This document shows positions 9,111 through 18,540 of a stretch of DNA of 64,000 nt, piece after piece. Position numbers and translations under genes: made by a program. The stretch comes from an uncultured Pseudomonadales bacterium (GTDB taxonomy: Bacteria > Patescibacteriota > Microgenomatia > UBA1400 > PJMF01). A model generated the notes under the pieces. That model was not told the DNA's origin, made no database searches, and saw only the letters and a list, made by a program, of their open reading frames with translations. Within the stretch, counting starts at the first letter, position 1; every line of letters starts with the position of its first letter. Location of the stretch: NCBI GenBank assembly GCA_964648715.1, contig CAZYNM010000002.1, positions 25,056 to 89,055 of the forward strand. Direction: 5' to 3'.

Positions 9111-9252
9111 TGTGCTTTTGGCTGTTTTTGGGAGTGTGAGTTACTGCAAACATACACCAAGTTGCAGTGTATTTATGCAGCAAAGTATGAAGGAAAAAGG
9201 AATACTTAAAGGCGGCATGCTTGGGTTACAAAGAGTACTCAGCTGTTGGTAA
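9061..9252 (+). CDS. yidD: YidD-like membrane protein insertion efficiency factor (short form)
   Basis: MKYLFLPYHLLRVFRHSVLL...YCKHTPSCSVFMQQSMKEKGILKGGMLGLQRVLSCW matches the YidD core (FYxxxISPLLxxxCRFxPTCSxYAxEAIxxHGxxKGxWLxxKRxLRC) but lacks the C-terminal HPxGGxDPVP tail. Overlaps the rnpA 3' end out of frame. Confidence 0.55.
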   Translation: MKYLFLPYHLLRVFRHSVLLAVFGSVSYCKHTPSCSVFMQQSMKEKGILKGGMLGLQRVLSCW

Positions 9253-9255
9253 TAT

Positions 9256-10008
9256 ATGCAATTTTTATTTGACACATTTACTCACCTTATTCTTTTCTTG
9301 TATCAAACCACAGGAAACTTGGGCCTGGCACTCATCGTTTTCACTCTTGGTGTGCGCACTGTTCTCTTCCCTCTCTCTCACTCCTCACTTAAAGCGGCAA
9401 AAGCTATGAAAGAGCTGCAACCGGAACTAAAAAAACTGCAAAAGAAACATAAAGGTGACTCAGTTAAGCTACAAGCTGCCCAGTCGGAACTCTATAAAAA
9501 ATACAATGTTAATCCTTTTGCTGGATGTATTCCTCAAGTTGCACAAATTGTAATTCTCATTTTTCTCTACAATGTACTCTCTAAATTTTTCACACATTCA
9601 GAAATAAATGGAGTTGCAATTAATGCTTCATTTTTAGGGCTGCAGCTGAATCATCCAGATCCTACATATATAATTCCCGTTCTTGCTGGAGCAACACAGT
9701 TACTTCTCTCTCTCATGATCGCTCCTGGAGCGGAACAACCAGATATTGTTCCCAATGATAGTACTCAGAAAAAAGTTCAGAAGGAAAATGAAAAAGAAGA
9801 AGATATTGCCGAAATGGCTTCAAGCATGCAAAAGCAGATGCTGTTTATCATGCCAATAATGACCGGATTTATAGCAATTAAATTTCCTGCAGGGCTGGGC
9901 CTCTACTGGATCATTACCACTGTGGTGAGTATTGCACAACAATGGTATGTTTCAGGTTGGGGAGGCGTCACGCTCTACATACAACGTTTAAAAACAAAAC
10001 TAGGTTAA
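9256..10008 (+). CDS. yidC: YidC/Oxa1-family membrane protein insertase (short monoderm-type)
   Basis: LGLALIVFTLGVRTVLFPLSHSSLKAAKAMKELQPELKKLQKKHKGD...YNVNPFAGCIPQVAQIVILIFLYNVL; five predicted TM helices. Confidence 0.85.
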   Translation: MQFLFDTFTHLILFLYQTTGNLGLALIVFTLGVRTVLFPLSHSSLKAAKAMKELQPELKKLQKKHKGDSVKLQAAQSELYKKYNVNPFAGCIPQVAQIVILIFLYNVLSKFFTHSEINGVAINASFLGLQLNHPDPTYIIPVLAGATQLLLSLMIAPGAEQPDIVPNDSTQKKVQKENEKEEDIAEMASSMQKQMLFIMPIMTGFIAIKFPAGLGLYWIITTVVSIAQQWYVSGWGGVTLYIQRLKTKLG

Positions 10009-10021
10009 CCAGAAAGGGATT

Positions 10022-10480
10022 ATGACCATAGAACAATTTGTGACAACTGTGTGTGAACACTGTGGTGTTGCTGCAGAAGATATTAGTGTTCAACTTGAAG
10101 AATCTGAGGGAATGATGCATGTACACATCACTCTTCCAGAAGAAGATTCAGGTAGATTCATTGGTTTCCATGGGGAAAGTCTTGAAGCATTGCAACGTGT
10201 TGCTCGTGTGGTGTTCGCAAAGGAATATCCAGAAACGAAATTGGTGATTAATATTAACCAATACCGAGAAGAAAGAAGTGAAAAACTGCAAGAGCTTACT
10301 AAATCTATTGTAGAACGTGTTCTTTCTACAGGAATGCCGTATACATTCCAGTCATATCTTCCAGCTCACGAACGTTTTATTATTCACTCCACCATATCTC
10401 AGGTAGAAGGTGCTGACGAAGTGCAAAGCATTTCAGAAGGTGAAGGAAAAAACAGACGTCTTACTATTCGCAAAAAATAA
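10022..10480 (+). CDS. jag: Jag/KhpB-like R3H-domain RNA-binding protein
   Basis: KH-like then R3H region (GRFIGFHGESLEALQRVARVVF...SQVEGADEVQSISEGEGKNRRLTIRK); canonical yidC-jag adjacency. Confidence 0.75.
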   Translation: MTIEQFVTTVCEHCGVAAEDISVQLEESEGMMHVHITLPEEDSGRFIGFHGESLEALQRVARVVFAKEYPETKLVININQYREERSEKLQELTKSIVERVLSTGMPYTFQSYLPAHERFIIHSTISQVEGADEVQSISEGEGKNRRLTIRKK

Positions 10481-10482
10481 CT

Positions 10483-10896
10483 ATGAAGCTAGAAATCTAT
10501 ACTGATGGTGGCTCACGAGGCAATCCAGGTGCCGCAGCAAGTGCTTTTATTGTTGTTGATGCAGAATCCCAGACCACCTTACAAGAAAAGGGTTTGAGCT
10601 TGGGAGTCGCAACCAACAACGAAGCTGAGTATCAAGCGTTTATAGAATCTCTGAAGTGGATTACAGAACAATCGTTTACACTTGAGAATGTGCTATGGAA
10701 GCTCGACTCTCTCTTGGTCGTACAACAGCTCAATAAAGTATGGAAAATTAAAGATGAACGGATGCAAAGCTTTGCACAAAAAGCCTGGACTCTTCTCCAA
10801 GAACTTGCTGTTCCCTACTCCATACAACATATCCCAAGAGAACAGAATGCACGTGCTGACGCAGTAGTGAACTCCACCCTAGATTCTTTATCCTGA
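10483..10896 (+). CDS. rnhA: Ribonuclease HI
   Basis: IYTDGGSRGNPGAAASAFIVV...TNNEAEYQAFIESLK...DSLLVVQQLNKVWKIKDE...HIPREQNARADAVVN contains the RNase H catalytic D-E-D-D residues in conserved contexts. Confidence 0.8.
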   Translation: MKLEIYTDGGSRGNPGAAASAFIVVDAESQTTLQEKGLSLGVATNNEAEYQAFIESLKWITEQSFTLENVLWKLDSLLVVQQLNKVWKIKDERMQSFAQKAWTLLQELAVPYSIQHIPREQNARADAVVNSTLDSLS

Positions 10897-10956
10897 ACTA
10901 TACGAACAGCAGGAAATTTTTTACAATGAGATATACGTCCAAGAACGTATTCCTCT

Positions 10957-13875
10957 ATGTCTCACTTTAACGTAACTACTGAAGTATACGAGCACACCAT
11001 ACCGGTTGTTATTTTTGATGAAAAAAGCATTCTCTCAGAAGAAATTCAGAAAGGATTAGCGCATTATCCTACCAGTATTTCTTGTTTAGAAGTATGGTCA
11101 GCAAAAATAGACTATGTAAAAATGTTGGAATCTGCATATAAAATTGTATGTGTTATCCACCCACAACAGTTTTCTGAAGAACAAATAACTCTTCTTAAAG
11201 AACTGGGCCCCTATCAGGAAAGCGTTGTTCTGGTTATTCCCATTTTTAGTGTTTTTTCACAAGAAATAGTGGGTGAAATTCCTCGACTTGAAGATGCATA
11301 TTACCAACAAAAATCTTGTATTGAGCTATGTAATACACTATTACCTCGTGCTACCTGTATCTTCATTAAAGACATGATATCCAAGCCAGGTACTGGCACA
11401 ATCCTTGATTATTTCTTTCAAAGTTTACAGGCAGACTTTGCCTTTATACCTACAGCAACCATGACGCTAGTTTCAAAAGAGCTTGCGATAGATACAGTTG
11501 TTCGTGAACTACTCAGACCTGAAAGAACCAGTAGCTGCATTCAGGGGCAAAAAAAAAGCTGTGAACAAGCCATAAAAAAAATTGCTTTTTTCTACGATCA
11601 ATATCATAGACACGACACAACCTTCCAAGTAGTGAAAGGACAAGAAGCTGCAAGCATACCTTTTAGCGTAAAGACGGTTGTCTTGAAAGAAAGCTTTGAA
11701 GATGTGTGTAGAACATATAGCCAAGAATTGCCAGCCCCTTCCCTCCTTCCTTTTGAGCTCCTCAAATCATCGGTAGATCTATCTCAAAGACACAGTAGTT
11801 TACCGGAAGAACAGCAAGTAGATGCAGTAATAACGCATGAAGAGTTGTCAGATGATTTTCAACAAACTGTATCTGGTAATGAGTTTGAACAAACTGAGCA
11901 AAAGGCAGCTCTACTGGATTCCATCCCCACTGAACAACAATTTGATTTGCAATCTGAACTGCAAAAGATATTTATTCCCAGTCGGAAAGAACAAAAGCGC
12001 GAACGAGTAGCTCAAGTACTTACAACTGTGCATACGATTGAAAAGAAAAAGAAAAAAAGAGCAGCACTATTTTATGGTGGGCTGGTATTTACCTTGGCGG
12101 GCGTTTGCGCTGGTGTTGCTAGTTGTATTTTTATTGTTTCATCTCACTTATACACACAAGTACTAGAAGATTATCTCTCTGCGCTGCTTACCGATAAACC
12201 AATCTCACAATCACTTACCAAAAAAGTTGAATTTTTCTCTGGAATTGTAAGTAAGCAAGTTGATATTTACACAACACTTTTTGAACTTCCTGCACTTGAT
12301 GAAGCAAAACACCTTCTCACCTTGCCAGCAGAAGCACGAGAAGTTTCTCTAAAAAAAAGAGAAAAAAATGAACGCCTTTTATTACTTATAAAAAGTATTC
12401 TCGGTAAGAGTGCGTCAGTATCTATTCATGACGAAATTGCGGCACTTGAAGGGCTAGAAAACCCAGAAAAAAACTACCAGTTCAATAGTGCTGTTCAGGT
12501 ACTTACTTTATCAGAGGAAGCACAAAAATCGCTTAAAGAGAAATTTAGCGGTGCCCAAGATACTTCAAAACAAGAAGAAAAGACTCTGCAGTTTGTGCAA
12601 ACAGCAGCACCATCCCTTTTTGGAGAGTCTTCTGAAAAGGTGTATGCGATTATTCTTCAAAATAATCAAGAATTACGACCTACCGGTGGTTTTATGGAAG
12701 CTGTTGCTTTGGCACATTTTAAGAATGGCTCACTCACGGATGTTCCTGTGTATTCATCGTATGAAATTGACAAAAAGTTACCCGGAGAAATTCCCGCACC
12801 AGCCGAGATAGCTCATTATACAGGAGAAAAAAGACTCACATTTTTTGAGACAAATTGGGAGCCAGACCTTCCAACGTCAGCTGAAAAGATACGCTTTTAT
12901 CTTCAAAAAAGTCTGGGAGTATCTGTGGATGGAGTTCTCACTCTAGACTTGTACGCTCTGCAACATATTCTTGAAGTGACTGGACCACTTGATGTTCCAG
13001 AACACAATGAAGTGATCACCAGCAAAAACATTTTTGAACGTATGGAAGCACACTCAGAAGTGGTGTTAATTCCCACCGCTGAACGCCGTGAGTATCGAGT
13101 GTTGATACTAGAAAAAATCTTAGAAAAAATGAGAACATTATCAGACGAAAAAATGATTCCACTTTTATCTGCTTTGCTCACTAATCTCTCAACCAGATCT
13201 CAACTGTTTACTACTTTTGACGCTGAAACTCAGGCTGGTTTGCAAAATCTTGGCTGGACCGGAAGTGTGATCTCTCCACCCTGCCCTACCGAGTTCCAAG
13301 ATCCTTGTCTGGTTGATACATTCTTAAACGTTGAAACAAATGTTGGTGTTAATAAAGCCAATGCTTCAATTCACCGCACAAGCACACACCGTATTGAGTT
13401 AACGGGAACAACAGTAGTACATACACACCTTCTTGAATTAACAAATACAGCTCTGTCTGGTGCCTGGCCAAAAGGTCCTTACAAGGTTTTCATGAGGACA
13501 TACTTGCCCTCCTCTGCTCGCTCAGTGCAAGTTGCTGTTGATAGCTCTCCTCTGCCCGCTACACAAATACAAATTGCTTCTGCATATGGCAAGAAAGTAG
13601 TGGCTTTCGCCTCCGAAGTCCCTTTGGCTTCTACAAAAAAGATAAGTATCTCCTACACAATCGATGCACCGTTACATGATTCAAGTTATGTTTTTGCCCT
13701 GCAAAAACAGGCCGGTTTATCTCAAGAGGCTGTTGCTGTCACTGTTTCTGTTCACCCTTCTCTTTCTCCGCAACTTATCACTCCAATAACTGACGTGATT
13801 GAACATGTGTATACCTTTCCTCCTCAAATAAAGCCCGTTGAGGTGTACGGATTCCAGTTCCATCAAGCAAAATAA
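10957..13875 (+). CDS. Large envelope protein with a DUF4012-like domain (single internal TM helix)
   Basis: 972 aa. TM helix AALFYGGLVFTLAGVCAGVASCIFIVSS around aa 365. Downstream motif QNNQELRPTGGFMEAVALAHFKNGSL matches the conserved RPTGGF core that I recall for DUF4012; the domain name is from memory. Confidence 0.45.
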   Translation: MSHFNVTTEVYEHTIPVVIFDEKSILSEEIQKGLAHYPTSISCLEVWSAKIDYVKMLESAYKIVCVIHPQQFSEEQITLLKELGPYQESVVLVIPIFSVFSQEIVGEIPRLEDAYYQQKSCIELCNTLLPRATCIFIKDMISKPGTGTILDYFFQSLQADFAFIPTATMTLVSKELAIDTVVRELLRPERTSSCIQGQKKSCEQAIKKIAFFYDQYHRHDTTFQVVKGQEAASIPFSVKTVVLKESFEDVCRTYSQELPAPSLLPFELLKSSVDLSQRHSSLPEEQQVDAVITHEELSDDFQQTVSGNEFEQTEQKAALLDSIPTEQQFDLQSELQKIFIPSRKEQKRERVAQVLTTVHTIEKKKKKRAALFYGGLVFTLAGVCAGVASCIFIVSSHLYTQVLEDYLSALLTDKPISQSLTKKVEFFSGIVSKQVDIYTTLFELPALDEAKHLLTLPAEAREVSLKKREKNERLLLLIKSILGKSASVSIHDEIAALEGLENPEKNYQFNSAVQVLTLSEEAQKSLKEKFSGAQDTSKQEEKTLQFVQTAAPSLFGESSEKVYAIILQNNQELRPTGGFMEAVALAHFKNGSLTDVPVYSSYEIDKKLPGEIPAPAEIAHYTGEKRLTFFETNWEPDLPTSAEKIRFYLQKSLGVSVDGVLTLDLYALQHILEVTGPLDVPEHNEVITSKNIFERMEAHSEVVLIPTAERREYRVLILEKILEKMRTLSDEKMIPLLSALLTNLSTRSQLFTTFDAETQAGLQNLGWTGSVISPPCPTEFQDPCLVDTFLNVETNVGVNKANASIHRTSTHRIELTGTTVVHTHLLELTNTALSGAWPKGPYKVFMRTYLPSSARSVQVAVDSSPLPATQIQIASAYGKKVVAFASEVPLASTKKISISYTIDAPLHDSSYVFALQKQAGLSQEAVAVTVSVHPSLSPQLITPITDVIEHVYTFPPQIKPVEVYGFQFHQAK

Positions 13876-13883
13876 AAAAAAGC

Positions 13884-13892
13884 TGGTATAAT
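13884..13892 (+). promoter_or_regulatory. Extended -10 promoter element TGGTATAAT upstream of rplY
   Basis: TGnTATAAT consensus about 90 nt upstream of the rplY ATG, in an otherwise noncoding A-rich gap. Confidence 0.35.
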
Positions 13893-13984
13893 CTATACCC
13901 TGTTGTGCTCAACACTCACGCATGTAGTAGTACTATAATTCAGGAAAAGAGAAAAAGATACATATTTCTTACTCATTAATAGAT

Positions 13985-14656
13985 ATGAAAAACACAGATG
14001 CGCATATATTTCACGTGTTAGCTCGCGATGTCCAAGGTAAAAAGAACAAAACCCTGTTGAATCAAGGTAAAATACCCGCAAACATCTTTGGACTGGGAGA
14101 CACATCTGCTCAGATAAGTATTGATTCAGCAATTATTACAAAACATCTCAAAGAGCAGGGCGATTCTGGTTTGGTGTATTTGCAAATCGGTGAAGGAAAA
14201 CAAATTCCTGTGCTTATTGAAGAAGTTCAATCAAATGCACTAACTGGTCAACCTATTCATATTTCATTCAAACGCGTAAACATGAATGTAAAAATAGTCT
14301 CAGAAGTTGCGCTTGAACTCACTGGTACACTTGAACTAGCAAATGCAACTGCACTCTTAACACAAAATGTGTTGAGTGTTGAAGCTTTACCAGCTGACCT
14401 TCCTGAGGGTATCGTTATTGATATATCTAAGCTTACCGAGGTGGGGCAGGGGATATACCTCAAAGATTTACCAATTGATCACTCAAAAATTACTGTGCTC
14501 TTATCTGAAGAAGAAAAAGAACAACCACTTGTCATAGTTAAAGAAGTAAAAGAAGAAGTAGTGGAAGAAACAACTCCTTCTGAAGCTACTGGAGAAGGTG
14601 CGGAAACACCTACCGAGACATCTGCCGCTGAAGAAGTAGCAGATAAGACTGAGTAA
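13985..14656 (+). CDS. rplY: 50S ribosomal protein L25 / general stress protein Ctc (long form)
   Basis: ARDVQGKKNKTLLNQGKIPANIFGLGDTSAQISID...FKRVNMNVKIVSEV plus an acidic C-terminal tail typical of Ctc-type L25. Confidence 0.8.
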   Translation: MKNTDAHIFHVLARDVQGKKNKTLLNQGKIPANIFGLGDTSAQISIDSAIITKHLKEQGDSGLVYLQIGEGKQIPVLIEEVQSNALTGQPIHISFKRVNMNVKIVSEVALELTGTLELANATALLTQNVLSVEALPADLPEGIVIDISKLTEVGQGIYLKDLPIDHSKITVLLSEEEKEQPLVIVKEVKEEVVEETTPSEATGEGAETPTETSAAEEVADKTE

Positions 14657-14668
14657 TTTTCAGTATTT

Positions 14669-15091
14669 TTACTGTTTTTTAAACACCTGTGCGTTGGGAT
14701 CTAGTCTCTGTGCTTGTTCGAAGCTCTCTTGAGAGATTGAGTCTTTCCCGATGCTATGCGTGAGCAAACTGATGTTAATAAGAACATCTCGATGTGGGAG
14801 ATATGTCTGTTGTAATGAACGTAGTTGTCTATATCTTTCTTCTGCAGACGACAGCGTGAATGACACATCAGCGTGTGGTACATCCTGTGGTAGTGTAACT
14901 GGCAGTAATTGTTTATTTTCCGATACAAGCTTTGTTTGCTGGATGTGCACCAACATGCTCACCACAATGACAGACATCAATGCAATCGTATAAAAAAACG
15001 TTCGAATCTGCTTAACATGTAGCCAAAAGAGGCTGTGTAAAAAAAGAATTAGCACACAAAGAAGACGGATCCGAAACAGGAAAAAGGACAT
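14669..15091 (-). CDS. Hypothetical small membrane protein
   Basis: 140 aa with two hydrophobic helices (LLCVLILFLHSLFWL; IALMSVIVVSMLV). Lies 23 nt downstream of valS on the same strand. Could be a spurious ORF. Confidence 0.3.
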   Translation of the reverse strand: MSFFLFRIRLLCVLILFLHSLFWLHVKQIRTFFYTIALMSVIVVSMLVHIQQTKLVSENKQLLPVTLPQDVPHADVSFTLSSAEERYRQLRSLQQTYLPHRDVLINISLLTHSIGKDSISQESFEQAQRLDPNAQVFKKQ

Positions 15092-15114
15092 GCTCTTTTT
15101 ATAGCAGAAAATAC

Positions 15115-17352
15115 TTATCCTGCCCAGGATGAAGTAATCAAAAATTCTTCACTTACCAGTCCAATAGTCTTTAATTCCTGCCAGACTGCTTCGGTTACAA
15201 AAGGAATAAAAGGGTGTAATAACCTGAGGAAGGTAATTAAAATCTGTGTTGTCGCTTGTGAAGAAATGGTGCCTGCTTTTTGTGCTTCAATACACTCATC
15301 ACAAAACCAATGCCAAAATTCGTTATAGAGCGTATCCGCTACTAAACCAACCTTGTGCTCAGTCATGTTCTCTGTGACTTCTTTAACGATAGTGTTCAGT
15401 TTAGTCAATGCTGCAGCGTCACCCGTATGTGGAGCAGAATCAGCTTCATTTTTCTGATTCTCTAATATACAAAATCGACTCGCATTCCACACTTTGTTGG
15501 CAAAATTACGCGCTGCTTTGAAATCCTGTTCTCCCACTGACTTGTCTTGACCTGGGGTAGAGCGAATGATAAGCGCTAGTCGTAGCGCGTCTGCGCCATA
15601 TTTTTCTACAATAGCCAAGGGATTAATCACATTTCCTTTGCTTTTACTCATTTTTTGACCTTTTTCATCACGAACTAACCCATGCAGATACACATCACTA
15701 AAAGGTGCTTTGTCGGTGAGGTAGATGCTCATGAGCATCATACGCATCACCCAAAAGGGCAAAATATCATACCCAGTTTCCATAACTGAAGTAGGGTAGA
15801 AACGTTCAAAATCAGTGGGTTTCCCCGTTTTCAATGTTACAACAGGCCATTGTGCAGAAGAAAACCAAGTATCAAAGGTATCTGTCTCTGGTAAATACTG
15901 CTTGTTTGTTTGTGGTGCTTTTACAGAAATAGAGTAGGGGACATCGTTATCTGCAAAAAGTTGTTGCAAACCGCTGATTACATCTGAAAGTGTGTGCGTG
16001 TGCAGAATGTCGGACAACACTCCTTGTTTGAGTTCTTGATCTTTGGTTATGAACGAAACAGTTATCTTATCCTCATATCCTTCTACTTCGTACCATACAG
16101 GAATACGAATGCCCCACACAATTTGTCTGCTAATGTTCCAATCCTTGAGGTTTTCTAGCCAATGACGCAGAATCTTTTCCCTACCTGCTCCCAAGACTCG
16201 CGTCTCTCCAGAATCAAGTGCGCTAAGTGCAGCTCGGGTTAAGCTTTTATGAGAATCATTTACTTTGATAAAAAACTGAGGGAGTGGAAGTGGCTCTAAA
16301 ACACGACCACAACGATAACATGTTCCAATTCTATTTTGGTATGTTGTATCAATTTTTTCTATACAACCTTTTGTAGTAAGATCTGCCACAACTGCTTCAC
16401 GAGCAGCCTTCGTTGAAAGTCCGGTATACACACCTGCCTGAGAGGTCATCTTACCTCTTCTATCCACGGCTACAATAATGGGCAGACCATGCTTTTTAGC
16501 AACAGCAAAGTCATTGAAGTCATGTGCTGGTGTTAGCTTCACAATGCCAGTTCCAAACTCTTGATCAACAAACTCGTCTGCAATTATTTGCATTGGTGCG
16601 TCAGTTAAGGGATTCTTAACTTTTTTACCAATGAGATGCTTCGTCTTGGCGTTATCGGGATGAACAGCTAGATGTGTGTCTGCCCAGATGGGCTCAGGAC
16701 GCGTAGTAGCTAGTGTAATATACTGGGTTGGAGCGTCTACAAAGAAGTATTTTATGTAATACAACTGTGTGGTTTGGTCAATGTGATTTACTTCAAGTTC
16801 AGAAAAAGAGGTACCACAGTTCACGCAAAAATTTACCAACTGTAAGTCTCGGTAAACAAGTTTGTCTGCAGCTAATTTTTTAAATGTATCAGTAACATAG
16901 GCAATTACATCGTCATCAAGCGTAAAGGTAAAACGGCTCCAATCTGCACTTGCTCCAAGTTTTTTTATTTGATTGACCGCAATATCTGAATTTTCTTTTA
17001 CATAGGACATAATGTTGTTAAAAAGCGTTTGGCGATCAAAGTCAAATCGTGACTGATTATTCTTCTTTAATTTCTTCTCGTACACAAACTGTGTTTCAAT
17101 ACCCGCATGATCTGTACCCGGTATCCACACTGTGGCATCACCAACCATACGATGAAATCGTGTTAATGCGTCTTCGATAGAAACAAACATTGCATGACCA
17201 ATGTGAAGAGGATCATTGGCATTAGGTGGTGGCATAATAATACAGAATGTTTTTCCTGTTCGTGCATGTGCAACAGGTGCGAAACAACCAGCCTGTTCCC
17301 AGGATGTATAGATGTGTGTTTCTTGTGAGATATGCTCAAAGCGAGATTCCAT
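15115..17352 (-). CDS. valS: Valyl-tRNA synthetase (compact form)
   Basis: Class I motifs: PPPNANDPLHIGHA (ValRS-type PPPNxxGxLHxGHA) and KMSKSKGNVI. At 745 aa it is shorter than proteobacterial ValRS; the C-terminal coiled-coil is presumably absent. Confidence 0.85.
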   Translation of the reverse strand: MESRFEHISQETHIYTSWEQAGCFAPVAHARTGKTFCIIMPPPNANDPLHIGHAMFVSIEDALTRFHRMVGDATVWIPGTDHAGIETQFVYEKKLKKNNQSRFDFDRQTLFNNIMSYVKENSDIAVNQIKKLGASADWSRFTFTLDDDVIAYVTDTFKKLAADKLVYRDLQLVNFCVNCGTSFSELEVNHIDQTTQLYYIKYFFVDAPTQYITLATTRPEPIWADTHLAVHPDNAKTKHLIGKKVKNPLTDAPMQIIADEFVDQEFGTGIVKLTPAHDFNDFAVAKKHGLPIIVAVDRRGKMTSQAGVYTGLSTKAAREAVVADLTTKGCIEKIDTTYQNRIGTCYRCGRVLEPLPLPQFFIKVNDSHKSLTRAALSALDSGETRVLGAGREKILRHWLENLKDWNISRQIVWGIRIPVWYEVEGYEDKITVSFITKDQELKQGVLSDILHTHTLSDVISGLQQLFADNDVPYSISVKAPQTNKQYLPETDTFDTWFSSAQWPVVTLKTGKPTDFERFYPTSVMETGYDILPFWVMRMMLMSIYLTDKAPFSDVYLHGLVRDEKGQKMSKSKGNVINPLAIVEKYGADALRLALIIRSTPGQDKSVGEQDFKAARNFANKVWNASRFCILENQKNEADSAPHTGDAAALTKLNTIVKEVTENMTEHKVGLVADTLYNEFWHWFCDECIEAQKAGTISSQATTQILITFLRLLHPFIPFVTEAVWQELKTIGLVSEEFLITSSWAG

Positions 17353-17365
17353 AGGCGATAGTATA

Positions 17366-17842
17366 TCACCTGAGAGCCTTGTAGAGCGATTTTATTTCGT
17401 CAGAAAGGAGGAGCACAGCAGGTACGATAATAGTCAGTATGAAACCCCATGGCGTTCGTATGAACTGTACAACGTACCCAAATTTTGGGATGACAAGTAT
17501 AACGGTGCCTACTATTTGTGAAAGTGAAATCGTTTCGGTATCTGGAGTTTGATTGGCATCACCCTTGGTGGTGTAGCTGGGCGGTTGGGTTGTTCGTACA
17601 GCAGTAATGCGGTGTGTGATGGTGTGTTTGTTTTCATCCTTAAACGTTATGACTTCATTAAGTTGGTATGAATTGTGTTTTGCAATGATAATAATATCTC
17701 CCACACGTATTGTGGGTTCCATAGAACCAGATTGCACGACATAGCTTTTAAAAGGAGTATGTGTGCGGAAAAAGCGAACTGCTGCATACGTTGTAACTCC
17801 GGCTAAAATGGCAATAAAAAGTAAGAACAGAAATTGACGCAT
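17366..17842 (-). CDS. sipW: Signal peptidase I, SipW/archaeal-eukaryotic type (S26), copy 1
   Basis: N-terminal TM helix then VVQSGSMEPTIRVGDIIII (Ser nucleophile in the SGSMEP context typical of SipW/Sec11-type SPases); 158 aa. Confidence 0.8.
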   Translation of the reverse strand: MRQFLFLLFIAILAGVTTYAAVRFFRTHTPFKSYVVQSGSMEPTIRVGDIIIIAKHNSYQLNEVITFKDENKHTITHRITAVRTTQPPSYTTKGDANQTPDTETISLSQIVGTVILVIPKFGYVVQFIRTPWGFILTIIVPAVLLLSDEIKSLYKALR

Positions 17843-17848
17843 AGCTAA

Positions 17849-18517
17849 CTATTCTTGAGTTGGTGATGAGGTTGCCCCGGGCAGTACTTGTCTCAGTTGG
17901 AAGGTAGTTGCAAAAGTGACACTGTCACTTTGTACCTCGTTCTCAAAATGGCTTTCTGCGACAGACCAAGAAAGCTCTACTGTTTTTGTTTCACCCGGTG
18001 GAATTATCACCTTTCCAGCTTTTTCCTGCCACAGTTGTGCAAATGTTTCACTTCCTTGAGTGCTTAGTATATGGCTAAAAAGTGTGGTAGATGAGCCGCC
18101 ATCTTTAAGTGAAACTGTGGTAGTGATGTGCTGGCCAAGTTCACCTTGATTGTCACCTGGGTCAGCACAAGTGGTATCAACCAGCGCCTCGGGTTCATTA
18201 CAACCGTTTTCAAGGTTGTGGATATTTGTTACCGCAAAATGCAGTTCACCTGGTAGTGTACCTACGTTTTTGATGTTCCATCGTTTTCCACCGTTTGTGA
18301 TATGTTGCGCACCTATGCCTTGTACTGTAAGGGTATCAGCTTGAGTAGAGGATTCTCCGCTCACAGTCATGTCTAGTGTACCCACTACAAATTGATTTTC
18401 ACCAGAAGTCTCTCGATCAATAAAAAGAGCTTGGGTGGTCATAAAGCCTACTACGGCAATCACAGAAAAAATAAAAACACTCTTTACTGCTATCAATGAA
18501 TGACTCTTTTTTTTCAT
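17849..18517 (-). CDS. TasA/camelysin-like secreted protein with SipW-cognate class signal peptide, copy 1
   Basis: MKKKSHSLIAVKSVFIFSVIAVVGFMTTQALFIDRETSGENQFVVGTLDMTVSG fits the AxFxDxExSxxNxFxxGTLD(L/M) signature of SipW-dependent signal peptides. ATG at 18517 preferred; the track ORF starts at a GTG at 18526. Confidence 0.7.
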   Translation of the reverse strand: MKKKSHSLIAVKSVFIFSVIAVVGFMTTQALFIDRETSGENQFVVGTLDMTVSGESSTQADTLTVQGIGAQHITNGGKRWNIKNVGTLPGELHFAVTNIHNLENGCNEPEALVDTTCADPGDNQGELGQHITTTVSLKDGGSSTTLFSHILSTQGSETFAQLWQEKAGKVIIPPGETKTVELSWSVAESHFENEVQSDSVTFATTFQLRQVLPGATSSPTQE

Positions 18518-18540
18518 GCTCCACACATCATTGTCTCATT

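Noticed and set aside
16405-16420. GAAAGTCCGG, resembling the RNase P RNA P4-region signature
   Set aside because: It lies inside the valS coding region and lacks the surrounding conserved RNase P RNA elements. Taken as coincidental.
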